From Candidatus Bathyarchaeum tardum (GTDB lineage: Archaea > Thermoproteota > Bathyarchaeia > Bathyarchaeales > Bathyarchaeaceae): 64,000 nt of DNA. The notes below the pieces were generated by a model. The model was not told the origin of the DNA. It saw only the letters and a list, made by a program, of their open reading frames with translations, and did no database searches. Shown in pieces: positions 1 to 9,928 of this stretch. The position numbers and the translations under genes were made by a program. Position 1 is the stretch's first letter, and each line of letters begins with the position of its first letter. The stretch lies in the NCBI GenBank assembly GCA_024650005.2, contig CP122380.1, positions 1,408,001 to 1,472,000 on the forward strand, given 5' to 3'.

Positions 1-41
1 TCACTAGTTAAGGGTAAGTCTTCAAAGTATTTCATTTGCAT
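1..41 (-). CDS. 5' end of a gene running off the window (MQMKYFEDLPLTS...), possibly a DEAD-box helicase
   Basis: ATG at 41 preceded by GGAG RBS on the minus strand; F-x-D-L-x-L resembles the start of a DEAD-box Q motif; only 13 codons visible. Confidence 0.35.
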   Translation of the reverse strand, partial: MQMKYFEDLPLTS

Positions 42-251
42 ATGTTTATTTCTCCTGTCACGTATTGTATACACGCGATAATCAAAATTCTTCAAAAGTC
101 TTTATTGTCGTTATATGTATTCTCAAAAGTCTTCTAAAGCTTCTCGAGTAAGCATGAATCTATGTGACGATACACCTCTTCAAGTGTCGGGTATATAAAA
201 ACGTTTACTATTTAGCAATAAGCAATGGTTTTTGATTTAACCTGAACTTTT

Positions 252-623
252 ATGGAGAATAAAAAAGTGAAAAAGTTTGCTTACACAGAAATTAAAGCAG
301 AAAAAGTTGAGAATCAATGTAAGAATCTAACGGTTCGCTGGTTAATAACTAAACAAACTGGGGCAGAAAACTTTGCTATGCGGCTTTTCGAAATGAATGC
401 TGGAGGGCATACACCTTTTCATAGTCACCAGTGGGAACATGAAGTTTTCATACTGGAAGGCGAAGGTCTTGTGGTTGGTGGGAAAGAAGAAAAATCTTTC
501 AAAGCTGGAGACGTCATTTTTGTTCCTGCAAATGAGATGCATCAATTCAAAAGTAATAATGAAAATCCAGTTAAATTTCTGTGTTTAATCCCATACAAAC
601 AAAAAGATTCGAGCAATTCTTAA
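252..623 (+). CDS. Cupin_2 domain protein
   Basis: TPFHSHQWEHE and VPANEMH cupin metal-binding motifs. Confidence 0.9.
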   Translation: MENKKVKKFAYTEIKAEKVENQCKNLTVRWLITKQTGAENFAMRLFEMNAGGHTPFHSHQWEHEVFILEGEGLVVGGKEEKSFKAGDVIFVPANEMHQFKSNNENPVKFLCLIPYKQKDSSNS

Positions 624-665
624 ATTCTGTATTGTCCAAGGTTCTTATCAAGGGGCGTAACAGTT

Positions 666-1037
666 TTGAAAGGCACATGGGAAAAACCTGTAATCGTATT
701 TTACAAAGAACGAGAAAAACCTAGGGAAACAAAAGCGCTTGTAGCAGTTAAAGCGCGAAAAATTGTTGTTTTCAAACAAACTGACAACATCAAACTTAAA
801 GGAACAATTGAAGAATTTTTCCCGTTGATAGGAGATTTTGATTACCTGTTCACGCCAGAAGGAAAAACCGACAAGTATGTCTTGTGCTGGTTTGATGACG
901 AAGAAGACGACTTCAGTACAGCCTTCAGACGGGTAACTGGCGTTACTTTTCCCCATGGAATAAGATGTGAAATCAACGACAAAGGCAAAAAATTCTGTAA
1001 TACAACGTTTTCTGCAAACCGAGGAAAACTAGAGTAA
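666..1037 (+). CDS. Hypothetical protein
   Basis: 123-aa ORF, protein-like composition, GGGG RBS-like run upstream. Confidence 0.65.
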   Translation: MKGTWEKPVIVFYKEREKPRETKALVAVKARKIVVFKQTDNIKLKGTIEEFFPLIGDFDYLFTPEGKTDKYVLCWFDDEEDDFSTAFRRVTGVTFPHGIRCEINDKGKKFCNTTFSANRGKLE

Positions 1038-1049
1038 AAGTTGTACAGT

Positions 1050-1571
1050 TCAATCTGTTTCGTTTTGGGTTAACTCAATAGCATCAAGGAGTGGCTCCAA
1101 AAGGGCTGAACTGATAAACCGTTCATCCAAGTTTTTTCCTTCAGGATCGTTTAATCCCATGCAACAGGGAATGAATTTTAAAGCGATACGATTAGGGCTT
1201 AAAAGTTCAAAAGTGAACGGATAAAGCCTGCAAAGGGCGGGTCTATTGTTGTATATGATGCAGTTGTGATTGTTTCGGGCTTCATCTTGGCTTAAAAAGA
1301 TACAAGAACCGTCGGATTTAGTTTTGAGACTTCCACAAACAATAGCTGATGGTTCAGTTTCGGAAGTTACTGGTTCAAGAAAATCATCTTCAGAATGTCC
1401 CTTAGATAGTATTTGGTTAAGGTCCTTTTTTGAAAGGATTGGTCCTCCAAGTTTACAACACAGGGTTGCTCCTCGTTTGCATTTGAATTTGAACTGTTTT
1501 TGGGTAATTTTTAGGTCGCGAATTGTGCGTTTTTTGTGGTTAACAGTAAGTATTGCTACGACATTGTTCAT
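1050..1571 (-). CDS. YkgJ/CxxCxxCC family Zn or Fe-S cluster protein
   Basis: FKCKRGATLCC, CIFL, CIIYNNRPALCRLYPF motifs. Confidence 0.85.
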   Translation of the reverse strand: MNNVVAILTVNHKKRTIRDLKITQKQFKFKCKRGATLCCKLGGPILSKKDLNQILSKGHSEDDFLEPVTSETEPSAIVCGSLKTKSDGSCIFLSQDEARNNHNCIIYNNRPALCRLYPFTFELLSPNRIALKFIPCCMGLNDPEGKNLDERFISSALLEPLLDAIELTQNETD

Positions 1572-1701
1572 TGTTTGTTATGCACCAGATATTTGAAGAA
1601 TCGTTGCAGTTGCTGAGGGTCAGTTATAAATGTTTAGGTAAAAAACAAAAACAATTAATTATGAGAAATCCTGTTATGTCAGAACACCTGGGGTAAAGGT
1701 C

Positions 1702-1983
1702 ATGGCAAATCATCGCGGGGCAGATGCCCAAAAAATGCTTTCTTCCATTGCCACGCTCCTTCGAAACACAACTTGGAAGTGTGGAAAAATCGAGCGACGA
1801 GTTGTAAACTACCTGCAGCGTCGAGGACAAAGGTCAGGAAACGCCCAAACTGCAGTAAAAGACATGATGCAAGACTTCGAACTCAGCGGAAAACAAAAAA
1901 GCGAATTCATTGAAGCAATTCGAAGATTAGAAAGGCGCAACATAATCAAAATTTCCGGTTCTGGCACTCCATCACCCATGTAA
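1702..1983 (+). CDS. Hypothetical protein, possible winged helix
   Basis: 93-aa basic ORF ending EAIRRLERRNIIKI; RBS upstream. Confidence 0.55.
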   Translation: MANHRGADAQKMLSSIATLLRNTTWKCGKIERRVVNYLQRRGQRSGNAQTAVKDMMQDFELSGKQKSEFIEAIRRLERRNIIKISGSGTPSPM

Positions 1984-2104
1984 GGGTTCACAGACAAACT
2001 AATCCCTAATTTTGGCTAGCGTTGGGTTTTTTGCAAAACTCAATCGTGGGGAGATAGCCAACATTTTTTTATTGTTAAACAGCTACTAAGTATCAGGGGT
2101 TATT

Positions 2105-2527
2105 TTGGTAAAAAAAGCTAATGTAGCAATAGCAATGTTTGTGATTGCAGTGGTAATTATTTCCACAGTTCTAGTTTACTGGAATTTAAATCAACCAAAC
2201 AAAACTAAACACGAAACAGGCAGATGGGCACTTATCACAGATTCAAAAGGGGACATTATTGCTGTTGAAACCAACAGTTTACAGGTTTGGTCTGAACTAA
2301 AAAATCTTCAACAAAACCAAACTGAAATGTGGATAGGAGGCATCATCGAAGAATACAATAACTATTGGGGATTTCGCTTCGACCCTGATACCATAGTGAT
2401 AGCAGAAATAACAATTGAAGGCGCACAAGCTAACATACAAGCCATAAGTGACGACCTAGACTACTGGATAAACACATGGCAAAATGAAGTTTACGTATTC
2501 GCCAAAGTAACAGAAATTCATGAATAA
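2105..2527 (+). CDS. Membrane-anchored or secreted hypothetical protein (possible BP74-like domain)
   Basis: N-terminal TM helix; YNNYWGFRFDPDTIVIAEITIEG segment recalls BP74-type domains (tentative). Confidence 0.65.
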   Translation: MVKKANVAIAMFVIAVVIISTVLVYWNLNQPNKTKHETGRWALITDSKGDIIAVETNSLQVWSELKNLQQNQTEMWIGGIIEEYNNYWGFRFDPDTIVIAEITIEGAQANIQAISDDLDYWINTWQNEVYVFAKVTEIHE

Positions 2528-2737
2528 ACAATCGGCTGAGTGAGCCCTGTTCCTAAGTTAACAAATACCTGTGTTCTCTTAATCAGCCGTCTGCTATCAA
2601 CAAGGGTGGGCAAAGGCATGACACCGAGGCAACTCTGAAAAACCGTATATTAACAGTTTAACTACCCGATCGTGAGCAATGTAAGTATATATAGTTCAAA
2701 GAGAAAGTAAAGTAAACCTGACAAAGAGGTGAAATAC

Positions 2738-2938
2738 ATGACAACAGGTACAGTAGCGAGATGGCTCGACCAGAAAGGCTTCGGATTCATTAAAGGAGAA
2801 GATGGAAAAGACATTTTTGTTCATAACTCTGATATTGAGGGCAAAAATAGCCTCAGGGAAGGAGAAAAAGTAGAGTTTGAAGTGACAGCGGGAGATAAAG
2901 GACCAAGAGCTGTCAAAGTAAAATCTATTTCTGAATAA
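2738..2938 (+). CDS. cspA: Cold-shock domain protein
   Basis: RNP1 KGFGFI, RNP2 IFVH, GDKGPRA; GAGGTG RBS before ATG at 2738. Confidence 0.95.
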   Translation: MTTGTVARWLDQKGFGFIKGEDGKDIFVHNSDIEGKNSLREGEKVEFEVTAGDKGPRAVKVKSISE

Positions 2939-3141
2939 ATCAAGAAAGATTTTCGAATGCACGAGCAGATTTAGTTTATCTTCTAATCCAGATACACTTA
3001 ACTGAACTCATCTCTTTTTTTGTATAAAATTATGTTTATAATAATTCGAAACCACTTTGTCTGCAGAAAAATCCTGAGCGAAAGTCAAGGGGGTCGTCTA
3101 AGGCACAAAACTATTTTAACACTCACTTCCACTGTTTATTT

Positions 3142-3471
3142 ATGACCACCGATATCGAAAAACTAAAAAAAATGACAGTGTTAATAAATAAAAAGATTGA
3201 AAATATTCAAACTTCTAGATATAATTCATCCCTTCTCAGTCATCCCTCGGAATTAGCAGAAGTAAGAAATGTACTTACCCTTGCAAGTAAAACCCTTGCT
3301 GGTCACAAGATTTATTTTGAAAACCATATTGAAAAAGCAGGGTTCGCTAGTTTTCATCTATCAGACACCCTTGATGTTCTTAGGAACATTTTAGATATTA
3401 TTGAAAAAAGAAATCAAACTACAAAAAGACGCAAAAGCAAGAGAGCACTTGCTTCAGACAAACAATCTTAA
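3142..3471 (+). CDS. Hypothetical protein
   Basis: 109-aa ORF, no recognisable motif. Confidence 0.5.
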   Translation: MTTDIEKLKKMTVLINKKIENIQTSRYNSSLLSHPSELAEVRNVLTLASKTLAGHKIYFENHIEKAGFASFHLSDTLDVLRNILDIIEKRNQTTKRRKSKRALASDKQS

Positions 3472-3612
3472 CGAGCTTCAAAGCTACAATTAATCTCAAG
3501 AAAATAAAAATAAAAAAATACAAGAAACCCTTGTGGCGTCTACGGAGATGTTCTTTTTCATTCGCCACAAAGTGTTAAATACTTTATTAGTCTGGGATGC
3601 TGTTCCATTACT

Positions 3613-3678
3613 GGGGGATGATGTGGCCGTCCCAGACCGACCTTAACTGGAATGAAGACTACAAGGCTGGCAGACCCC
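3613..3678 (+). ncRNA. Candidate C/D box guide sRNA
   Basis: GGGG...CCCC terminal stem; C-like ATGATG, D'-like CCGA, C'-like ATGAAGA, D-like CAGA; two spacers of about 12-13 nt; AT-rich TATA-like tract upstream. Confidence 0.55.
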
Positions 3679-3704
3679 GTTATTTTGAAGGGTAGTTTTG
3701 GTTG

Positions 3705-3965
3705 TTATTTTGATATTTGTTTGGAGTTCATTGACAGGGATTTTTCTAGTTTTTTGTCTACAAAGAAAAACACTACCCAAACTACTATGCCGTAGATTAG
3801 GCCGTTTGTTATTGCTGCGATGTATGTCATGTATTCGGAAATTGCAGAGACGGGGGTTTGAATGTAGGCGGTTATGGCGCTTCCGGGGAAGAGGGGAATT
3901 GGAACAGCCAATGATGCTAAAGTAAACAATAAGAAAAAGGCTAAGAAAATGGGGGTGGCTCTCAT
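3705..3965 (-). CDS. Small membrane protein (2 TM)
   Basis: 86-aa ORF with two hydrophobic segments. Confidence 0.65.
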   Translation of the reverse strand: MRATPIFLAFFLLFTLASLAVPIPLFPGSAITAYIQTPVSAISEYMTYIAAITNGLIYGIVVWVVFFFVDKKLEKSLSMNSKQISK

Positions 3966-4088
3966 TTACTTATCACTAAAGTATACATTAAATCTTAATA
4001 TATAATAAACCTTATTGTGCTTATGTCCAACACAAATACACAACAAAAATCACAACACTATTTATCATCAAACCATTGTTCATAACTT

Positions 4089-4712
4089 ATGGACTTACTC
4101 AACTTCATTGCCACCATCACAATACTAACAATCTCAGGTGCTCTAGCCCCAGGACCACTATTCTTTGTAACATTAGCCCACGGAGCAAAAACAGGAACCA
4201 AAACCGGAATAATATTCTCGATAGGGCACACAATAATCGAATTCACACTAGTCATGTTACTAGCCATGGGACTCTTAACAGTCGCAAACGAGCCAATCGT
4301 CAGATTTGCTGTCGGAGCTGCAGGAGGTACAGCCCTCATAGTTTTTGGTTTTATGCAAATACGCAGCAGCATAAATCAAACAGAACAAACAAACCTGACG
4401 AAAAGCACCAACAAAAACCTGTTACTCCTTGGTTTAGCTTTAACAGGACTAAATCCTTACTTCATACTCTGGTGGTTGACCATAGGAGCAAGTTTGATTC
4501 TAATGGCTTTAGAATTTGCAGGATTATGCGGAGTAATTTTAATGTATATTTTCCATGTTTGGGTGGATTACGCATGGCTCACCTTACTTGCGGGTTTTGC
4601 AAAAAAAGGAGCCAAAATATTACAGTTCAAATGGTACAGGCTCATGATTGCAGTTTTCGGGGCAGTATTAATCTACTTTGGAGCATCATTCTTAGTTGAC
4701 GCCCTACTCTGA
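4089..4712 (+). CDS. LysE family translocator
   Basis: SGALAPGPL, GHTIIE and LNPYFILWW motifs; about 6 TM. Confidence 0.9.
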   Translation: MDLLNFIATITILTISGALAPGPLFFVTLAHGAKTGTKTGIIFSIGHTIIEFTLVMLLAMGLLTVANEPIVRFAVGAAGGTALIVFGFMQIRSSINQTEQTNLTKSTNKNLLLLGLALTGLNPYFILWWLTIGASLILMALEFAGLCGVILMYIFHVWVDYAWLTLLAGFAKKGAKILQFKWYRLMIAVFGAVLIYFGASFLVDALL

Positions 4713-4816
4713 TATTAGCTAAATAAGTATTCAATAATTTTGGATAGAATTTGACCTAAAATAATGAGCACTAATTCTGAACTGTTAAATCGGTAATAGC
4801 AAAAGAAGGTGTTAGT

Positions 4817-4906
4817 GAAGAGCGCACAGTTTCCACCCACTACAGAAGAAAGGGATGAACTCCAAGACAAGTTTCTGCCCTTTTCTTTTGTGTGCGCTCT
4901 TCCACA
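4817..4906. repeat. Long intergenic stem-loop between convergent genes
   Basis: GAAGAGCGCACA (4817-4828) pairs perfectly with TGTGCGCTCTTC (4891-4902); inner AGAAGAAAGGG/CCCTTTTCTTTT stem; ACA follows. Confidence 0.6.
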
Positions 4907-4968
4907 TACCCTATCTAATTTTTGAAACGTTTAATCTGTTAGGTGTCATTTTTATCACGTACAACAAC

Positions 4969-5988
4969 TCAAGCAAATACACCATCAATTTTTTTCTCAC
5001 ACTGGGGACATTTAGATTGTACAACCTTATTTTTCTCAATATGACAACCATATCGTTGAATTACCTTTTCTCCACAATTAGGACAATAGGTATTTTCTCC
5101 GTTTTCTCCTGGAACATTGCCCACGTAAACATATTTTAAACCTGCATCAAATCCAATTTGACGGGCTTTCTGCAGAGTCACAACAGGAGTACGAGGAACA
5201 TCTAACAATTTATACATTGGATGAAAACCAGACAAATGCCAAGGTGTTTCTGCACCTACTTTTTCTTTAATGAAGCTTGCAATCTGATTCAACTCGTTTT
5301 CTGAATCATTCAATGTTGGAATAACCAAAGTAGTTAATTCGACCCAAATTCCAAGGCTCTTGTGCAGTTTAATTGAATCCAAAACAGGCTGTAAATGAGC
5401 GCCACAGTTGTTACGATAAAATTCATCGCTAAAACTTTTCAAATCAATGTTGGCAGCATCCAAATACGGGGCTATTTCACGCAGTGCTTCTTCAGTTATG
5501 TAACCGTTGGTAACGAAAACGTTCCTGAGTCCAGCTTTTTTTGCCAATTTGGCAACATCTAAGGCATACTCAAAAAAGATCGTTGGTTCAGTGTAGGTGT
5601 ATGCTATGCTTTTGCACCCGTTTTCTTTCGCTGCAGAAATAACTGATTCTGGAGATGTTTCATTGCCGACTACAACTTTGCGTTCACTGGGCAACTGTGA
5701 AATATCAAAATTTTGGCAGTTAGCACAACGAAAGTTACACCCAACAGTAGATATTGAATATGACAAAGAGCCCGGAAGAAAATGGAAGAGCGGCTTTTTT
5801 TCGATGGGGTCAACTGATCTGGCTACAAGCCGTCCATAAACTAAGCTGAACAATTTGCCATCAATATTTTCTCGAACTCCACAAAGTCCTCTTTTTGATT
5901 CTGCAATTTTTCGGCAACGGTGACTGCACAAGTTACAGTTAACTCGCTTGTCAGCTAATTTTTCATAAAACATTGCTTCTTTCATCAT
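4969..5988 (-). CDS. AmmeMemoRadiSam system radical SAM enzyme (PflA-like)
   Basis: DPIEKKPLFHFLPG, CNFRCANCQN, YTYTEP and C-terminal CPNC/CPQC. Confidence 0.92.
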   Translation of the reverse strand: MMKEAMFYEKLADKRVNCNLCSHRCRKIAESKRGLCGVRENIDGKLFSLVYGRLVARSVDPIEKKPLFHFLPGSLSYSISTVGCNFRCANCQNFDISQLPSERKVVVGNETSPESVISAAKENGCKSIAYTYTEPTIFFEYALDVAKLAKKAGLRNVFVTNGYITEEALREIAPYLDAANIDLKSFSDEFYRNNCGAHLQPVLDSIKLHKSLGIWVELTTLVIPTLNDSENELNQIASFIKEKVGAETPWHLSGFHPMYKLLDVPRTPVVTLQKARQIGFDAGLKYVYVGNVPGENGENTYCPNCGEKVIQRYGCHIEKNKVVQSKCPQCEKKIDGVFA

Positions 5989-6101
5989 AATGCCCCCATC
6001 AACACATAACAGGAAAATATGACACTTAAACTTTCAAATTTTCGAACAAAAATAGTAAACAATATAGCTTGAAAATCCCATCTTATAATGAAGGAGTTTT
6101 T

Positions 6102-6347
6102 ATGGTTCAATATCGAGTGGAAATAGATCATACTGTTTGTCAAGGTTTTGGGGCATGTGTTGAATTGTGTGCAGATTTTGTTCTTTCAGATGAAACAGGA
6201 AAATCTCACATGGAAAATGCAAAAAAAGATGAAAAAGGGGAAACAAAAGAGTTAACCGATTTGGGTTGCTACGAAAAAGCCGCCAAAGCTTGTCCATTTA
6301 ACGCTATTCACATTACTAACTTAGAGACCAACGAAAAAATCATCTGA
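6102..6347 (+). CDS. Monocluster ferredoxin, probably [3Fe-4S]
   Basis: CQGFGACVELC...ACPFNAI with the second Cys replaced; GGAG RBS before ATG 6102; directly upstream of korA. Confidence 0.85.
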   Translation: MVQYRVEIDHTVCQGFGACVELCADFVLSDETGKSHMENAKKDEKGETKELTDLGCYEKAAKACPFNAIHITNLETNEKII

Positions 6348-6362
6348 ACTTTTGGTGCCTAA

Positions 6363-8108
6363 ATGATAGTTAACAAGGTTTCGTTGTTAGTTGGTGGAGA
6401 AGCCGGAGCAGGAATAAGCCGTTCTGGATTACTATTTGCTAAATCTTGCCTAAGAGGCGGATTATGCGTCTTTGGTGCTAACGATTATCAATCTCTGATT
6501 CGGGGTGGACACAACTTTTACACAGTAAGAGCATGTGAAGAAGAAATTTATTCCCAAGCAGACAAAACCGACCTTCTTATCGCTCTAAACAAAGAAACTG
6601 TTTTTTTTCATAAAGATGAACTAATTTCAGGGGCAGGAATAATTTATGACCAAGAAGAATTCAGCATAACTCAAGAAGAGTTAGAAAGAAACGACATAAA
6701 CCTATATCATGTGCCCCTCAGAAAAATTGCCAAAGAACTTGAAGGACCCCAAATAATGGAGAACACTGTTGCTTTGGGCGCAGCAAATGCTCTTTTAGAT
6801 TATGACACAACAATTCTGAATGAAGTATTACAAGACACGTTTAACCAAAAAGTTGCACAACAGAACATTGAAGCTGCAAAGCGGGGTTACGATTATGTTA
6901 AAGAAAATTACGGGAACAGTTTTGGATACAAACTTGAGAAAACAGAGTCAGCAGGCAAAAAAAGACTTTTTCTAACAGGAAACGAAGCAATTGGTCTAGG
7001 GGCGTTAAATGCTGGATGCAAGTTTTATGCCGCCTATCCGATGACTCCTGCTACTACTATTCTTCATTTTCTTGCGCCCTTGGACAGAGAATACAAAATT
7101 GTTGTAATGCAAACTGAAAGCGAAATTGCAGCAATGAACATGGTTGCAGGGGCATCTTACGCGGGAGTAAGGTCCATGACTGCCACATCAGGGGGAGGCT
7201 TCTCCTTAATGGTAGAAGCATTAGGAATGGTAGGGATGACAGAAACTTCTCCAGTTATAGTTCTGGCTCAAAGACCAGGACCGAGCACAGGACTACCCAC
7301 ATACACCGCACAAGGAGACCTAAGATTTGCGATTCATGCATCTCAAGGAGAATTCCCCCGGGCAATAATCGCACCAGGAGATGTAGAAGAATGCTTTTAC
7401 AACACATTAGATGCATTCAATTTAGCAGAAAAGTTTCAGATACCTGCAATAATTATCTCTGACAAATATTTGTCCGAAAGCAACGGAACCACAGAAATTT
7501 TTAATCAAAACAAAATAGGAATTGACCGGGGACAGCTCATAACTGATGATACCTATACTCAAGAAGAAGAATACATGAGGCACAAATTAACTGAAAATGG
7601 AATTTCAATCAGAGCTATTCCTGGAATTAAAGGGGCAATAGTAAGAACCAACGCGGATGAACATAATGAGTTAGGGTACACTACTGAAGACCCAGTTTTG
7701 ACAACAAAAATGAATGACAAGCGTTTCAAAAAATTGGAAGGGTTAACTAAAGAATTGGAAAACTATGAAACAGTCAAGTTTTATGGTCCAGAAAACTCAG
7801 ATATAACAATTGTAAGTTGGGGTTCTACTAAAGGACCTATTCGCGAGGCAATGAAAATTTTAAGCAACGAAGGAAAAAACGTTAACTTTTTGCAAATTTT
7901 GTATTTAAGTCCGTTCCCAATAAACAAAATTAAAAATTATATTAAATCTGCGAAAAAGACAGTTATTGTAGAGAATAATAAAACTTCTCAATTGTCCAGC
8001 CTGATTCAGGAACATCTGTTAATGACTGTTGACCATAAGATTTTGAAATATGACGGTAGACCCTTCAATCCAGAAGAGTTGGCCCAACGCATTCGGGAGG
8101 TGCTCTAA
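6363..8108 (+). CDS. korA: 2-oxoacid:ferredoxin oxidoreductase alpha subunit (gamma-alpha fusion)
   Basis: GGEAGAG, IRGGHN, YPMTPAT, TSGGGFSLM, QRPGPSTGLPT. Confidence 0.95.
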   Translation: MIVNKVSLLVGGEAGAGISRSGLLFAKSCLRGGLCVFGANDYQSLIRGGHNFYTVRACEEEIYSQADKTDLLIALNKETVFFHKDELISGAGIIYDQEEFSITQEELERNDINLYHVPLRKIAKELEGPQIMENTVALGAANALLDYDTTILNEVLQDTFNQKVAQQNIEAAKRGYDYVKENYGNSFGYKLEKTESAGKKRLFLTGNEAIGLGALNAGCKFYAAYPMTPATTILHFLAPLDREYKIVVMQTESEIAAMNMVAGASYAGVRSMTATSGGGFSLMVEALGMVGMTETSPVIVLAQRPGPSTGLPTYTAQGDLRFAIHASQGEFPRAIIAPGDVEECFYNTLDAFNLAEKFQIPAIIISDKYLSESNGTTEIFNQNKIGIDRGQLITDDTYTQEEEYMRHKLTENGISIRAIPGIKGAIVRTNADEHNELGYTTEDPVLTTKMNDKRFKKLEGLTKELENYETVKFYGPENSDITIVSWGSTKGPIREAMKILSNEGKNVNFLQILYLSPFPINKIKNYIKSAKKTVIVENNKTSQLSSLIQEHLLMTVDHKILKYDGRPFNPEELAQRIREVL

Positions 8109-8966
8109 ATGGTTTCTCTTAATGATTTGAAAACACCAAAAACTAATACGTGGTGTCCTGGATGTGGCAATTTTGGAATTTTAATGGCTTTCAAGAAAGC
8201 TTTTATAGAAACAGGTATTGAACGAGAAGACGCAGTGATGGTTTCAGGAATTGGTTGCCATGGCAAGATTGTTAATTACGTGAACATCAATGGGTTCCAT
8301 GGTATCCACGGGCGAGTGTTGCCTACTGCACAGGGCATAAAATTGGCAAACCCGAACTTAACGGTAATTGGTTTTGCTGGGGATTCCGACCAGTACAATG
8401 AAGGCTGGGGACATTTTGCTCATGCGTTACGAACAAACGTGAACATGACGTTAATTGTTCATAATAACATGGTTTTGGGTTTAACTACTGGTCAGGCCAC
8501 GCCAACCAGCCAACAGGGATTCAAATCAAAGTCTACCCCTTTTGGTGTTATTCCGCCCATGTTAAATCCTATAGCTCATGCCTTGGTTAGTAACGGAACC
8601 TTTGTGGCACGGGGATTTTCAGGGGACATGTTCCATCTAAAGAGCCTAATTGTAGAGGCGATAAAACACCGAGGATTTGCATTTATTGACGTTTTCCAGC
8701 CTTGTGTAACCTTCAATTATTTGAACACCTATGATTGGTTCAATCAAAGGGTCTACAAACTTGAAGACGAAAACCATGATGTAACAGACCACAAAAAGGC
8801 GATAGAAAAAGCCCTAGAATGGGATGACCGAATACCCATTGGAATATTCTACAAAAAAGAAAGACCCATCTACAGTGACAGTCTTTCACATGTAAAAAAT
8901 GAAAAATTGACAAAATTGCCCAAACAAAACATTGACATAACATCAGCGATGAAAGAAATGATGTAA
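8109..8966 (+). CDS. korB: 2-oxoacid:ferredoxin oxidoreductase beta subunit
   Basis: WCPGCG, SGIGC, HGR, GDSD...NN TPP motif, QPCVTFN. Confidence 0.95.
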   Translation: MVSLNDLKTPKTNTWCPGCGNFGILMAFKKAFIETGIEREDAVMVSGIGCHGKIVNYVNINGFHGIHGRVLPTAQGIKLANPNLTVIGFAGDSDQYNEGWGHFAHALRTNVNMTLIVHNNMVLGLTTGQATPTSQQGFKSKSTPFGVIPPMLNPIAHALVSNGTFVARGFSGDMFHLKSLIVEAIKHRGFAFIDVFQPCVTFNYLNTYDWFNQRVYKLEDENHDVTDHKKAIEKALEWDDRIPIGIFYKKERPIYSDSLSHVKNEKLTKLPKQNIDITSAMKEMM

Positions 8967-8994
8967 CAAAGAGCGATCTTAAGTTGAGACCAGA

Positions 8995-9618
8995 TTATAC
9001 TTGAGCGTCAGTCATTAGCTTCAACCGAATCAAGGGTATTTTACGCTCTGACAGTTTCTTCACTTGTGGCGACACATTCTGAAAAAGATCATACGGCTCC
9101 ATCGTAATTTGGTCTTCAGGTGCCATGCGTTTATTAATTCGCATGCGACCAGTCATTTCTTCAATTATCATGTTTTCTGCGATTAGTTCAGGCATGCAGA
9201 CTTCGCCGTTGTTGATTAATTTTTGAACAATCATCTTTTTCAGTTCTTCACCATGTTCCATTGCCTTGTAGTTTTTTGTAGCATTCTTTCGTAATTGTAC
9301 ATGCTCTAAAGAAAAGTGTGGCATTTTTTGACAGAAAGTGACCCGTTCTCGCCATTTATGGAGCCATTGTTGGGTCCAAACTTTCAGGAACGATTTTACT
9401 TCTTCGTGGCGAGTTTCATCGTTAAGAATTTCTGCGATATCAACTTTTTTGTCGTCGTCTTTTGCTGCTAGACATATTGTTAAGTCTTGATAAGCAAAGT
9501 CTAGTAGTTTGCGGTCCGAGCCAAAAATGTCCACGTCAGGAATCTCAGATTCCAGAATATCGGCTAACCAATACATAAGCAAATTTTTCGAGGCTCGAAG
9601 GGTTAACTTAGGGGACAT
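8995..9618 (-). CDS. Hypothetical protein
   Basis: 207-aa ORF with GGAGG RBS. Confidence 0.7.
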   Translation of the reverse strand: MSPKLTLRASKNLLMYWLADILESEIPDVDIFGSDRKLLDFAYQDLTICLAAKDDDKKVDIAEILNDETRHEEVKSFLKVWTQQWLHKWRERVTFCQKMPHFSLEHVQLRKNATKNYKAMEHGEELKKMIVQKLINNGEVCMPELIAENMIIEEMTGRMRINKRMAPEDQITMEPYDLFQNVSPQVKKLSERKIPLIRLKLMTDAQV

Positions 9619-9928
9619 TTTTTTGAACCTCCCACGAGGAACACATATTCCTCTGGTTTGTGGCTGTATATGAGGTTTTCCAATTTGTTTAGAAAATATA
9701 CTGCAAAAATAAATAAGGGTTAGAACAATAAAAGCAGTTTAACTTAATGACGTTCAACGGTCCTGATTTCATTATAATCAAATATTATCGAGTCCAGCTC
9801 CGTATTTGTTCAAACATGATGCTATAATATTTTCAGAAAGAGGAGCTGCTAATGTGGGTAATCTTTAATAAACAGCTGTTCCCCATTCTGTTAACGTCAC
9901 GAGAAATGCGTAGGAGAGAAAAAAGCGC

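Noticed and set aside
2533-2645. CGGCTGA/TCAGCCG stem and ATGACA...CTGA boxes upstream of cspA
   Set aside because: Short stem and incomplete box set; matches no riboswitch or sRNA pattern I can support
4076-4699. 207-aa ORF overlapping lysE, and the many antisense ORFs within fusA, eif2g and ABC genes
   Set aside because: Alternative-frame shadows of well-supported genes
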